From: Acidobacteriota bacterium
GTDB taxonomy: Bacteria > Acidobacteriota > Thermoanaerobaculia > Multivoradales > J023
Assembly: GCA_039027015.1 (NCBI GenBank)
Contig: JBCCLG010000001.1
Span: 1-60,917, forward strand
Direction: 5' to 3'
DNA length: 60,917 bases
The notes below the pieces were generated by a model. The model made no database searches and was not told the origin of the DNA. It saw only the letters and a list, made by a program, of their open reading frames with translations. Positions 60,533 to 60,917 of the stretch are shown piece after piece. The translations under genes were made by a program, and so were the position numbers. Positions within the stretch are counted from its first letter, which is position 1. Every line of letters begins with the position of its first letter.

Positions 60533-60917
60533 CTGGGGCTCCAGGCCGTCCGAGCCGCCTGCCGCGCCCTCGGCAACCCGCAGCTGAGCGCCCCGAGCGT
60601 CCTGATCGCGGGCACCAACGGCAAGGGCTCGACGGCGACCTTTCTGGCCGCAATTGCCCGGGCCGCCGGCCTCAAAGTCGGTCTCTTCACGTCGCCGAGC
60701 CTCGGGCCGCCGCGCGAGAGCCTCTCGATCGATGGCCGCACGCCGACGCGGGACGAGTGGCAGGCCCTCGAGAGGGAGGTGCGATCCGCGGGTCCCGACC
60801 TCACGGACTTCGAGACGCTCACCGCGGCCTCTTTCCTGGTCTTCAAAAGGGCCGACGTCGATCTCGCGGTTCTCGAGGCCGGCCTCGGCGGAGCCCGCGA
60901 CGCCACCAACGCTGCCG
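60533..60917 (+). CDS. folC: Folylpolyglutamate synthase / dihydrofolate synthase, N-terminal part; runs off the window end; start codon unresolved
   Basis: My translation of frame 2 gives ...IRLGLQAVRAACRALGNPQLSAPSVLIAGTNGKGSTATFLAAIARAAGLKVGLFTSP...LEAGLGGARDATNA (Mur-ligase P-loop). The frame opens after TGA 60485-60487 and has no ATG/GTG/TTG before the P-loop. CTG 60533 is used as a provisional start. Confidence 0.75.
   Translation, partial: MGLQAVRAACRALGNPQLSAPSVLIAGTNGKGSTATFLAAIARAAGLKVGLFTSPSLGPPRESLSIDGRTPTRDEWQALEREVRSAGPDLTDFETLTAASFLVFKRADVDLAVLEAGLGGARDATNAA

Noticed and set aside
1-60917. Scan for integrases, transposases, IS ends, prophage genes, cas genes, retron/DGR reverse transcriptases, and large dispersed repeats
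   Set aside because: None was recognised in any frame. Only the short local repeats and hairpins listed above were seen. A proper self-alignment and HMM scan would be needed to be definitive.

Overview
This is a 60.9-kb, densely coding chromosomal segment from a high-G+C bacterium. I judged G+C by eye at roughly two-thirds and did not compute it. All calls come from reading the ORF track and the DNA, using motifs recalled from memory. No database search was run.

Most of the window is housekeeping:
- a partial acyl-CoA ligase, serS next to tRNA-Ser(UGA), and a complete Rrf2-sufBCDSUT operon followed by folD-coaE
- a PAS hybrid histidine kinase, an AI-2E transporter, mtnA, pta, purD and two tandem lepB copies
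- a LysR regulator with a divergent dehydrogenase, gatB-ftsEX, yebC-ruvC and accD-folC

The track misses four items that I added by hand: the two genes cut by the window ends, the tRNA, and the N-terminus of ruvC. Most other long ORFs in the track are antisense shadow ORFs of the kind typical of GC-rich DNA.

No CRISPR array, cas gene, integrase, transposase or phage gene was seen, so I cannot point to a clear-cut new system. The candidates worth follow-up, in window order, are:
1. A small lower-GC islet abutting the 3' end of tRNA-Ser. It encodes a HigB-like toxin translationally coupled to an XRE(HigA)-ImmA/IrrE metallopeptidase fusion.
2. A translationally coupled operon of two giant polytopic membrane proteins, three GT2 glycosyltransferases and a TolB-like propeller protein. 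It ends in a 17-bp tandem repeat array.
3. An orphan Dnmt2/TRDMT1-type (tRNA m5C) methyltransferase homologue, divergently paired with an uncharacterised protein carrying an HxD...H pattern.
4. An exbB-exbD-exbD-tonB cluster extended by a cytoplasmic DUF4388/PATAN protein and a secreted TPR/coiled-coil protein, with no TonB-dependent receptor nearby.
5. A 1192-aa protein built as degenerate receiver, ~550-aa Pro/Ala/Ser-rich linker, Hanks-type kinase and TM segment.

ruvC and folC both lack a canonical in-frame start codon. This may indicate indel errors in the assembly.
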